From contig CATNEN010000034.1 of the NCBI GenBank assembly GCA_950097015.1, forward strand, positions 3,286,001 through 3,350,000: a stretch of DNA of 64,000 nt, written 5' to 3'. Positions 1-12,000 of the stretch are shown piece by piece (the stretch's first letter is position 1; every line of letters begins with the position of its first letter). Position numbers and translations under genes: made by a program. Under the pieces are notes generated by a model, which made no database searches, was not told the origin of the DNA, and was given only the letters and a program-made list of their open reading frames with translations. Source of the DNA: Macrostomum hystrix. Taxonomy: Eukaryota > Animalia > Platyhelminthes.

Positions 1-399
1 CAAGTAAGTCCCATGCACGCATCCGGCACAATTACGCTCGTATTTATATGCAGTTTCTAACGAAAGAAAAAGCTTTTTAATTATGCCTGTAGCGCAGTTT
101 GGATATTCGAAACGGCGGCGAAGTATCGGATTGAACTCATACCTATACGTTTTACTGTGGCATCAGAGTTCACCGTACAACGCAGTCAATCTTAAACTTA
201 AGAATATATGCCAGTACGAGTAGCTCAATGTAATGGAGACCACATCGAAGCGAATATAAATTTGCTGTTTATCTTATATAAAAGAGTACGACATCCAAAA
301 CCGGGCTTCATCTACGGCTTGAGGCCGTGTCGCTGTCGCTGATTAACGACGCAAGCAGATTCCGACTCCGCCCACCGGTCTGCAGGGGTGGGGTGAGTT

Positions 400-590
400 T
401 CTGAGTTTGGCGTGCAGGGCTGGTGTGGGTTTGTGGATTTGGTGGCAGGGCTGGGGTGGGTTTGTGGGTTGATTTGCAGAGCTGGGGTGGGTTTTTGGGT
501 TTGGCGTGTGCTGGGTGGGGAGGGTTTGTGGGTTTGGTGCTTTCAGGGGTGGTATGGGGTGGGTTTGTGGGTCTGTCTTGCCGTCCTAGA
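400..590. repeat. Degenerate G/T-rich low-complexity repeat (GGGTTTGT-like)
   Basis: Recurring gggtttgtgggtttgg and gctggggtgggttt motifs. Confidence 0.7.
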
Positions 591-1732
591 TACTGCATTG
601 TTTTTTTAATTAATTTTATTTCGTGCTGCAAGTCAGAAAATTAGTATTCTTAAAAGATATTTTCACGTGTGGCATTAAAAAGGTAAGCAGCTATTTCGCT
701 TCCAGAGCACTTTTCGAAGAAGAAGCGCTTTAGGGTACTTTATAGTAAACGCGGAAGCTTGCTTGTCGAAGTTTCCTTGCCGATATTTGCTTTCAGAAAT
801 TTTGCTTTAACCTACACGGAACTTTCGTTCAAGTAGACAAGACAAGTACTCAAGCAAATCTGCTCAGTCCATGAGGACTACTGAATTCAAACAGTGAAGA
901 TTTGACAATTGCAGCCAGTACTATGCTCATAGTTCTGCCTATTGTTATAATTTATATATTATCATATAAGTTCAAACGTGCTAAAATCATACTGCAAATG
1001 ATCCCTATCAACGAGTACTAAATCCTTCGTGTGAAATTCAAAATCTGAAGTCTTTACCCCCCCCTAAATGGGAATAGAGCAGTTAAGAAGGAGATCACAG
1101 CACAGACTTTAGCGACAGATATGCAGCATCAACGTCAGGATGTTAGTGAAGTTATGAAGGGGAAAATAATGTAAAACCGATTCAATTTCAATGTTATTAT
1201 TTTTTTTCATGCTTATGAAATAAAATACACTGTAATATACTTTTCAATCCACGAGCGAAATAAGAGAGAAGTCAACAGAAGGTTACTGACTCGAAAGTAT
1301 TCGTATTTATACTATGTATAGTAACATATATGTCACATTCATTTGAGCAAAGCTTTATCTAACAGCTCTAGATATATGTTAGAGAGAATACAATGACTGC
1401 GAAGAAAGTTTCAAATTTATATGCTACTTATAGTAGGCAGGAGCAAACGAAAACATCGATTGCTCAAAAGTGTGAATGGGGCATTTCACTGTCCCGAAAT
1501 TTCCCTTTGCCGAAACCCAAAAAATTTCCAGATTTATCGTCATTGGCTTTGGACGAAATAAATTTGGCTGACGAAGAGAAATTTTGGGAAATTAAAGTTT
1601 TGGATATGTGACTTGGGTGAACCAATCATTTTTGTGCAATGGGTAGTTTCAGTAAGTCCATTGCGTAGCTCAGGGACATCATTGAGTAGTTAGACGGGGC
1701 AATTTACTATACAAAAGAGGCAAAAATCCGCC

Positions 1733-2690
1733 CAGCCAATCCCGAGACTATTTACATTAGAGACTGGGGCAGCAAGCGATTGATTGGCCAGCTAGCCGTG
1801 GGTCGGGTTGGACACATGCCCAGCCAATCCCGAGACTATTTACATTAGAGACTGGGGCAGCAAGCGATTGATTGGCCAGCTAGCCGTGGGTCGGGTTGGA
1901 CACATGCCCAGCCAATCCCGAGACTATTTACATTAGAGACTGGGGCAGCAAGCGATTGATTGGCCAGCTAGCCGTGGGTCGGGTTGGACACATGCCCAGC
2001 CAATCCCGAGACTATTTACATTAGAGACTGGGGCAGCAAGCGATTGATTGGCCAGCTAGCCGTGGGTCGGGTTGGACACATGCCCAGCCAATCCCGAGAC
2101 TATTTACATTAGAGACTGGGGCAGCAAGCGATTGATTGGCCAGCTAGCCGTGGGTCGGGTTGGACACATGCCCAGCCAATCCCGAGACTATTTACATTAG
2201 AGACTGGGGCAGCAAGCGATTGATTGGCCAGCTAGCCGTGGGTCGGGTTGGACACATGCCCAGCCAATCCCGAGACTATTTACATTAGAGACTGGGGCAG
2301 CAAGCGATTGATTGGCCAGCTAGCCGTGGGTCGGGTTGGACACATGCCCAGCCAATCCCGAGACTATTTACATTAGAGACTGGGGCAGCAAGCGATTGAT
2401 TGGCCAGCTAGCCGTGGGTCGGGTTGGACACATGCCCAGCCAATCCCGAGACTATTTACATTAGAGACTGGGGCAGCAAGCGATTGATTGGCCAGCTAGC
2501 CGTGGGTCGGGTTGGACACATGCCCAGCCAATCCCGAGACTATTTACATTAGAGACTGGGGCAGCAAGCGATTGATTGGCCAGCTAGCCGTGGGTCGGGT
2601 TGGACACATGCCCAGCCAATCCCGAGACTATTTACATTAGAGACTGGGGCAGCAAGCGATTGATTGGCCAGCTAGCCGTGTGGGTCGGGT
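1733..2690. repeat. 88-bp tandem repeat, about 11 near-identical copies
   Basis: Unit cagccaatcccgagactatttacattagagactggggcagcaagcgattgattggccagctagccgtgggtcgggttggacacatgcc recurs at 1733, 1821 and onward. It lies just past the stop codon of the minus-strand gene ending at 2702. Confidence 0.97.
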
Positions 2691-2701
2691 TCGCCAGGTT
2701 T

Positions 2702-5700
2702 TCAGCCCTGGCCCACCTCGCCCCGATCTGTCTGGAAGGGCAGCTCGACCGTGTACAGGCTGGCAAGGCCGCAGTGCCGGGAGTTCATCAGCGCGATAAA
2801 GTCGCGTAGTCGGTAGAGCTCGCTAACCTGGTGAAACTCGGCCAGCAGGACGTGGGTGAAGGTGCCCCGCGCCATGGCCCGCCTGTAGAAGGTGATTCGG
2901 CGCAGGCTGCTCCGCTGCTGTGGAAGGAGGCCATTCAGGATGAACTCGGCGCCGCTCCACTCGCGCCAGTTGGTCTCCATGGAGGCCGCATTGCCGAGCA
3001 CCTTGCAGCAGACGATGATGTAGACGGCCTTGTCCGACAGAGGCGCGCGGCTCAGATCGCGCAGGCCGGCATCGTCCGAGTCGGTCCAGATGGTGCACAG
3101 CTCCTTAAAGCCGCCTGCAGTGTGTATTGATGTTCTTGACTTAATAATAATAATAATATTTGCAGGACGGCTGCGGGCAATGGACCATCATTTGGTGACA
3201 CTAGACCCGCAGCCAGCGAGGAGGAAACCCCCCCCCAAGCCTTCTCTCCGCGGCTGCGTCTCAATTTAATGTGGCCTCGCCACGAATTCGAGCTCGGGAA
3301 CCTTGATGAGTCGGATGCATCACCGCTCCGCCACTCAACCCCTGGCAGTCCAATTTAGCCCAGCCTCTCACCTTGATGATGCACCTGATTCTCGCCGTGG
3401 CCCTCGCGTATCACCTTCACCCAGGACGGGTCGTGTATGAAGGTGTTGGACGGATGCAGGTGAAAAACTGTGTAACTAAGGAAGGGAAATCGATCTGAAA
3501 CAAGGAAGAATTAATTTGCAGCCAGTAGATTCACAGTTCTTCACATTGCAAGATTGTCTTTACCATATTCTTCAACGTTTCTGAGTAACACTCCGCTCAG
3601 AAACTGAGGGTGCATCTTCATCACTTTGGACACGTGAACGAATCCGTCTTTGAATGTAGGAAAATTTGGAGGCGGCGTAATCGTTTCGAAGAAATTGAAT
3701 ATCGAGTACAGGGCATCCGTTGATTTCTCTGATCGGCCGTCCTCCTGCACAATTTAGGACACGGAAGCAGCCTAATTGCAAATTATGTTTGCGCAATTAG
3801 TTGGGCACGCGATTTTAAACTAATCAGATACATTCCTGTGAATGAATGCAAAGTGCGATCAAGAGTCTGAGTGTTTTAGTGTCAGAGACAGGGCCAAGAT
3901 CAAAGACAGAATCAAAGACAGGATCAGAAACAGAGCCGGAGACAGAAAGAGAGACAGAATCAGAAACAGAGCCGGAGACAGAAAGAGAGACAGGAGCAGA
4001 AACAGAGCCGGAGACAGAATGAGAGACAGGAGCAGAAACAGAGCCGGAGACAGAATGAGAGACAGGAGCAGAAACAGAGCCGGAGACAGAAAGAGAGACA
4101 GGAGCAGAAACAGAGCCGGAGACAGAAAGAGAGACAGAATCAGAAACAGAGCCGGAGACAGAATGAGAGACAGGAGCAGAAACAGAGCCGGAGACAGAAA
4201 GAGAGACAGGATCAGAAACAGAGCCGGAGACAGAATGAGAGACAGGAGCAGAAACAGAGCCGGAGACAGAATGAGAGACAGGAGCAGAAACAGAGCCGGA
4301 GACAGAAAGAGAGACAGAATCAGAAACAGAGCCGGAGACAGAATGAGAGACAGGAGCAGAAACAGAGCCGGAGACAGAATGAGAGACAGAATCAGAAACA
4401 GAGCCGGAGACAGAATGAGAGACAGGATCAGAAACAGAGCCGGAGACAGAATGAGAGACAGGAGCAGAAACAGAGCCGGAGACAGAAAGAGAGACAGGAT
4501 CAGAAACAGAGCCGGAGACAGAATGAGAGACAGGAGCAGAAACAGAGCCGGAGACAGAAAGAGAGACAGGATCAGAAACAGAGCCGGAGACAGAATGAGA
4601 GACAGGAGCAGAAACAGAGCCGGAGACAGAATGAGAGACAGGAGCAGAAACAGAGCCGGAGACAGAAAGAGAGACAGGATCAGAAACAGAGCCGGAGACA
4701 GAAAGAGAGACAGAATCAGAAACAGAGCCGGAGACAGAATGAGAGACAGGAGCAGAAACAGAGCCGGAGACAGAATGAGAGACAGGAGCAGAAACAGAGC
4801 CGGAGACAGAAAGAGAGACAGGATCAGAAACAGAGCCGGAGACAGAATGAGAGACAGGAGCAGAAACAGAGCCGGAGACAGAAAGAGAGACAGGATCAGA
4901 AACAGAGCCGGAGACAGAAAGAGAGACAGGAGCAGAAACAGAGCCGGAGACAGAATGAGAGACAGGATCAGAAACAGAGCCGGAGACAGAATGAGAGACA
5001 GGAGCAGAAACAGAGCCGGAGACAGAAAGAGAGACAGGATCAGAAACAGAGCCGGAGACAGAATGAGAGACAGGAGCAGAAACAGAGCCGGAGACAGAAA
5101 GAGAGACAGGATCAGAAACAGAGCCGGAGACAGAATGAGAGACAGGATCAGAAACAGAGCCGGAGACAGAATGAGAGACAGGAGCAGAAACAGAGCCGGA
5201 GACAGAAAGAGAGACAGGAGCTGAAACAGAGCCGGAGACAGAATGAGAGACAGGAGCAGAAACAGAGCCGGAGACAGAATGAGAGACAGGAGCAGAAACA
5301 GAGCCGGAGACAGAAAGAGAGACAGGAGCAGAAACAGAGCCGGAGACAGAAAGAGAAACAGGATCAGAGACAGGATCAGAGACAGGATCAGAGACATAAT
5401 CAGAGACAGGATCAGAGACAGGATCAGAGACATAATCAGAGACAGGATCAGAGACAGGACCAGAGACAGAGCCGGAGACATGATGAGAGACAGGATCAGA
5501 GACAGACTCAAAGACATGATCAGAGACAGAGCCGGAGACATGATGAGAGACAGGATCAGAGACAGACTCAAAGACATGATCAGAGACAGAGCCGGAGACA
5601 GGATGAGAGACATGATCAGAGACAGGATCAGAGACAGGATTAGAGACATAATTAGAGATAGGATCAGAGACAGACCCAAAAACTGGATGAGAGACCGAGC

Positions 5701-5967
5701 CGGAGGCTGCAGGATCAGAGACGTTATCAGAGACAGGAGCAGAGATGGGATCAGTCATCGTCTAAGCCTGATTACTATATAAAAAGAAGTTGACCTCTAA
5801 ACTGAATATATGCCAGCATTCTATAGCACTCATACCGAGAAGGTGACCTTTTTTGCCATCTGTCTGGCCGCAATGATTGTGTGCGTCACTCTCCAGAGTC
5901 GGTCGGCGCCAATGGCCCTACTGAATCCGCCATAGGGAAGCATTCTCGACGGCCTGCGTTCCTCCAT
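2702..5967 (-). CDS. Spliced gene, uncharacterized metazoan protein resembling the DUF7153 family
   Basis: Exons 5967-5836, 3744-3564, 3494-3372 and 3114-2702, all with GT-AG introns and compatible phases. Product: MEERRPSRMLPYGG...KKVTFS|EDGRS...GVLLRNVEEY|DRFPFLSYTVF...HHQ|GGFKELCT...ETNWREWSGAEF...LRRITFYRR...FTHVLLAEF...HCGLASLY. The family assignment is from remembered motifs and needs an HMM search. Confidence 0.75.
3142..3262 (-). mobile_element. SINE family A, internally deleted copy with (TTA)n tail
   Basis: Matches the tail and body of the copies at 14815-15180 and 19824-20190 (gcgggcaatgg...tttggtgacactagacccgcagccagcgaggagg...ccaagccttctctccgcggctgcg). It sits in the last intron of the DUF7153-like gene. 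Confidence 0.85.
3890..5720. repeat. 36-bp minisatellite built from 12-bp subunits, intronic
   Basis: Unit agaaacagagccggagacagaatgagagacaggagc, decaying into 12-mers (gatcagagacag) at the right end. It lies in intron 1 of the DUF7153-like gene. Confidence 0.95.
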
Positions 5968-8900
5968 GGATGCACTCGTTGCCGCAAATGACAGTATCCT
6001 GTCCAGTTAAACTTATTAGCTTAGACTGGGTGAATCAGCCTTTTGGAAATAAACTATATATGTACTGTCAACTGGCAATGCAAGACAGCAGCAGCAATGC
6101 AAGGCTATCCAAAAGCCTTAAAAAAGAGCCGCTTCTACAATTTAGATTTCGACCGCGTGCAGGTCACATTGTCAATGTGTATCGGCAGCTAAAAGCGGCT
6201 GCAAGCGATGTCTCAGCATGCGGGTCTAAAAGACTGGTCGACAGTCTCTGCGCCGTTCCTTTCTTCTCTTGGGCTGTTCTCTACTAACTGGCCTTAGTCT
6301 TCTCTCTTCCTGTTTCCTTTCTCCTCCTCACCCGTGTGCGGTATAGTCGCAGCTATAAAATTCGCACTTTTATATCCAATGCGCGATCAGTGCGGACACG
6401 CGGGAGCTAAAAAACAGAGCAGTAATAGCGTGTGTATTTAGTATGCATTTATCGTGAAAGGGAGATCGCGTATAGAATAGAGAGAGAGCGAGAGCGAGAG
6501 AGAGAGAGAGTAATGGAACACAACTGAAATGCGCCCGCTTGATCCAGCGACGTGCGCGCATAAGCACGACTGGTCGGTCCGCGTGGTCTCACGCAAAGCT
6601 AGTTCTCGCTTGCTGGCTTTGTAGGAGGGGGCGGATTGGTAAGGCTAGTTTTTATAGTCCGCGACACATTATAATATATCGATTAAAAATACTGCGTAGT
6701 GGGAGTTGTTTTTTCATTTCAAGCAGATCTGCATTTCTGCATGTACATGCTGTAGCAAAGCATATGCTGTGTTCGAGGGAAATGCCTACGCCCCCGATTA
6801 TACAGTTTTTTCTGTGAATAGCAATATTGGGTTCAACTTGGCTGCTGCAACTTGGTTTTGCTAGTAAGGTATGGTGAGCAGAAAATGGTGCAAGGTAAAG
6901 TGCAAGGATACGGTCTAGCTGAAGCGCGAGAGAGCACGGTTAGTTAGTTCAGTGAAAAGTACTTTGGAAGAAAAATGGACAAAATACACGAAGGTTTACA
7001 TATTTTTAATGCACTTTTAACTGTACAAAATAGCTAAGCATTCATGTTGAAACTTCAAAGTTTCAAACAGAGTATTTCTTTGAATAGCTCTTTTCCAGGC
7101 GGTAAAGGGATTCTCGAATCGCACTTTGCTTAGTCATAGTAATATAATTAAGGATTTAGTATTTGTTTCACGAAAAATTTGCTAGAATTGCTATACCTTA
7201 TTATCAACCTATGCTTGCCATTTCGAACTGAAAAATTATTATCATTCGTACAATTGCTTCCTGCGATCGTCTGCGCAATACAGAGGTAATGTTTTTAGAG
7301 AAGAGTAAAAGTAGTTGAAGAAAAAGCCATTATCATCTAACTGACAAATGGTAAACTGCACTATTTGTCACCTCGTAGGTCACTAAGAAATTCAGACGCA
7401 AGCGTTTCATTTTGAATTTATTTTATAGAGTCATATTTAAAGCCACAACTAACGAGTTAGTGAATGAAAAGCGAGATACACTTTGGTTTGAACATTTTTA
7501 TGGAGAGGTTTTTTAAACAAACTTAAACGCATATATGTTTTTGTTAAATGCATGTATTTCATAATTATTTCAGCAATGCCTACTGAACTATTAAAGAAAA
7601 ATATTTACTTAAGTAAAAAAAGAATTTAAAACTAAAAAATTTTACATTTAAATATTTTCGCTCCAGCGGTCACTTTAAATACACTTTTTTGCACAATGCA
7701 CACACCATTAGATGATTTGTTTTCTTTTTTTGTTTATTATATAACTATACCAATCGACTTTGGTAGTTAAAAATATATCCATAGACTTAATAAACTATAT
7801 ACGAGAGCAAAGAAAAAATGATATGGCCAACTTCTTGACAACAGCTTCACTACATATAATATATTGGAGGTTGCGATTTGTTTTTTTTGAACCTCACTGT
7901 CACTGATATCAAAGCATAGCATAGCAGAACATAGCAGATTTTTCAAAATGTTTTGTTATTTACAAAACAGTTACATCGAATAAAACTGATGTCACCTGAT
8001 TATGACAACTGGCATGATTTATTATCTATATTTTTCATTTTAAAATTCTTTATTTAATTAGCAATAAGCTGTTTTATATCTATAAATAATTTTGGAGCCA
8101 TTTTATGTGTGATTTTGTATGTGACTTCTATCAATTGGTGTAATGTTGGTATCGACATACATGTAAAATAAGGGGGCAGACATTTATAATAGGGCTCACA
8201 TTTAAATAAAACAAATTCAATGAGATGACTGTTTTTAAGTGACATCAGCATTGGTTTTACAGCATTGGTTTTTAATACTAGATTTTGATTGAAATTATAG
8301 TACGAGTAATAAGAACATTTTTTCTCAATACTGTCTTAAACTATTGTCTAACCTAGAATTGATGCATCATTTTACATAGATTGTGTATGCTCTGAGAGAA
8401 GAAATACACTTAAGATTGAGAAATTGTGTTTGTTTTCAATCAGAAAGCTTTATACTTGTCTAGTAAATTTATTAAACTTGATATATAAAAACAGTTTTAT
8501 CATTTAAAGTAAATATCATTGAAGCATTTTAAACAATCCATATTTTTTCTTCTACAATATCCATGCTTCTCTTTGGAAAAAAATATAGTTTTACTATAAA
8601 CTGTATGTTTTGAAGCTTACAGCATTTAAATATAATGAAGAATGTAATTAATGCTAAAATTTGTATAATTAGCAATGGTCTTAAATTGTAATCTTAAAAT
8701 TAAAATTATAATTTCTTAAATTAAATCAAAATTTGTAATTACAAAATGCTTAATTATGTTTTAATTAGCTAAGTCTATAAAATAAAAAAACACATTTTAA
8801 TTGTTTTGTGTTGTGGGTATTTCTGGAGTGTAAGTTAAGCAAGCATTCTAGAAAATTAAGGATAATTATAAAGAAAATATTTTTACATAGATTTAATATT

Positions 8901-9042
8901 ATCGACATATGGTAAATATATATGTTTTATGAATGTAATTATTAATTTTACTAAAGATGTTTATAAAAGGAAGGCATTACTTATGCATCTAAATACAACA
9001 TTAAACTTAAATAATTAGCCACTACATATTTCAGAATAAAAG

Positions 9043-12000
9043 ATGAGCCGAAAACCGAAATCAAAGCTCCCCCCTACTGACTTAGATGAAGATTCATTTA
9101 GTAATCTTTCGAAAGCTGATTCCTACCAGAATGCTTTGTCTGATGACAATAATGAGTTCTCTGGTAAGATGATTTGTATCATCGTAAACAAAAATTTTAT
9201 AGCTTATTTGAACTTTAAAGCATGTTCTGAAACATATTGCATTGTTCATTACCTATTGACAGATGCCGATAGCCTAATGAAGTCAATTCTGCCTCCCGAG
9301 CTTCTAAAAAAGGTTGGAAAATTTCCAAGCAGCAAGGGATCCAACTCGAAGAGAAAATTCGACCAGTTGTCTTTTAGCAGCTTTGGCAGCGACATAAATC
9401 CGGATAATGCAAAATCTAACACGAAGAGTAGCGCCAGTAAGGCTAGAACTAGAAAGACGTCCCAGAACAGCCTTGAAGATATCCTTGCCGGGTTGAGTGA
9501 CGATGACGATGACAACCCGCCCACTGATCGCCGTAGCGCAGCCAGAGGTTCCGCCGACGTCGCTGGCTCATCGAAATCGCATGGTCAGCCTTTCGGCCAA
9601 GAGTCGAAGAAGTCAAAGAGAGTGACAGCTGGTCAGGAGAAATCTTCGTCAGTCAGCTCTAAGTGGGCCCATAACTTGCCGCCTATGCCGCCATCTCCAA
9701 CTATCTCGCTGTCTCCTTCGATCCCGTCGTCTCCACCGTCTCATCGCCAAACGTGGGGTCAGGAGTCATCCCGAGTTCGAGACTCCACCAGCGCCTACTC
9801 AAAGTCTGGCCGGCACCAGACGACTCAAATGGCCGAAAATCGATCGTGCGCCTCTGTGCGCTTTGCGCCAGACACTAATCTTGGCGTTGAGAACGAAGAA
9901 CTTGATTTCAACGACTCAGAGTTGGACAATCTGCCGCAGTTTCCTGGCGCGGCAAACAAGCTCAACCGGTCCGATCGGGCCAGCGTTCAGCAGCAGCAAG
10001 ACCGGCTGGACAAGCCCCAGCGACCGCAGCGCCAGCCAGACCACCGCCAGCCATCGATGATGCGGTCGCAGCGCCAATCGGAACACGGCCAGCAAATGAT
10101 GATGCAACCTCAGCGCCAATCGGAAAACGGCCAGCAAATGATGATGCAACCTCAGCGCCAATCGGAACACGGCCAGCAAATGATGATGCAACCTCAGCGC
10201 CAATCGGAACACGGCCAGCAAATGATAATGCAGTCGCAGCGCCAGTCGCAGCAGCAGCCTTCTGGCCAGTTTTCGTTCGAAATGCCTAACATGGACTCTG
10301 AAAGCTCGCAGAATCCGTACGTTTTTAAATATTTTTTCTGTCGTTTTCTCTTCAATTCTCAAGTGTTTATATTCTTAAACTATTGCTAAACATCTAAAAG
10401 CGATACATAACGCAAAATGGAACATGCATTACCAATTGATACGGCGATCATGGTTTCATATTTTAATATCACACTTCCGTGGTGTGCAGGGCCCCAATGA
10501 GCGACGAACATATAGCCAAACTGAAGGACTGGGGCCAAAGAATTCGTCAGTGCATCTTCCAGTCGAATATGGCGATTAAGGAGAAGGTGAATAAAACTTA
10601 TCCTTTATTTTTACTGTCCGTGCTGACCTACTATGTCAATTTTCAGCATCTTTATACGAAAGAAATCCAAAAGTTCACTTTAAATGCAATAATTAAATAA
10701 TAATTAAATAATTAAATAATTAAATAATTAATGCAATAATACCCCGCCGGCTTTGTTAACCCCTTGGGTTTTCACACTTTTATTTTCTCTCTGCTCTGTC
10801 TGCCCCTCATTCTGTCTCAGCCAACCAAAGATACTCAAGTCCAACAGCTCTTTCGTACTGTCGTATGCGGACTCTGGCTAGTTATTAGTTTCTTTGTCTG
10901 CATTAATTTGTCTGCAATAATTTTTGTAACTGCAGAAGGGCTGTGGGCTCTGTCACATTTTTGGTGCCACTAGACGCGCAGCAAGTGAGGAAGCAATTGC
11001 CCTCGCTGATGTCTGATCACATGCGCACACAGATACTGTACGCACGAACACGCTCACACAGGTGTGTACATCTGCATCTGACTTTCTCATTGTCAGGCAT
11101 TTTACACTTCGGGGAGATTGGCCCTGAAGGGCGTAAATTTTCCTCAAGCGGCTGAGCCGCTAATAATAATTTTAGGCAGAATATAAACTAGACAATATAT
11201 GCTTTGGCTGCAGTGTATAAAATTTATATAATACAATATGTAATGTCGCTTTCAGGAAACTGAGATAGCCACCAAAAACAGCACTATCCGAACTCTGCAA
11301 GAAGAGAATGCAAAGCTAAAGGTAATTCGCATTGTATCAACAGTTTTTATACAGATAACACATGCCAATTTTCTTGAGTCCTGAATTACTCCTAAGCCAA
11401 AGCTAAGAACAGCTTTAATGATCCATCATTATTGCTCCAATATTTAAATATTCAATTTAAGAGAGACTCCGAGCTCACCAACATTGGATATCAGAGCGAG
11501 AAGGATGGTCGCACGTCCATCGAAAAGCGGTTAGTTAATCGAGCTGAAATGTTTGGTTATTATATTAAAAAGAGCTTTTCAAATGACACAATAATTCTGT
11601 TCGCTCAAACTCTTCGAATTTTTGTTTCTAAAGAATCAATGGTCTGCATCACCTCTGCGTCGGCCTGAAAGACAGTGCGGTGTCAATGGACTCCGTTGTG
11701 AAAGCGGGTAAGGCTAAAATGTTTCACTTTGTCAATAGACGATTCACAACTTATGTTTATTATCTATTAAATTAGAAATACAAGCATAGTTTTCCAAATG
11801 AAAAAATCCTATAGTGAAGAGTGCATTCGGCAACTCCAAGCTAATAGTGGAGAAATACCAAGCCAGTCTGAAATCCGTTGCTGCCTCGCTTGTCGAACTG
11901 GAGAAAAATCTGGCTGATAGCAAGGCTATCTGGCGCGAGAAATGTATAAACACTTTTTATTACATTCCTATTTTAATTTATGGTTAGAAATAAACTAGTC

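Noticed and set aside
400-590. G-rich repeat as a telomeric remnant
   Set aside because: The units are GGGTTTGT-like and degenerate, not TTAGGG.
3824-5782. Long ORFs on both strands (RD-rich 460 aa, SV-rich 644 aa, L-rich 606 aa)
   Set aside because: They are translations of a stop-poor 36-bp minisatellite inside intron 1 of the DUF7153-like gene, open in several frames on both strands.
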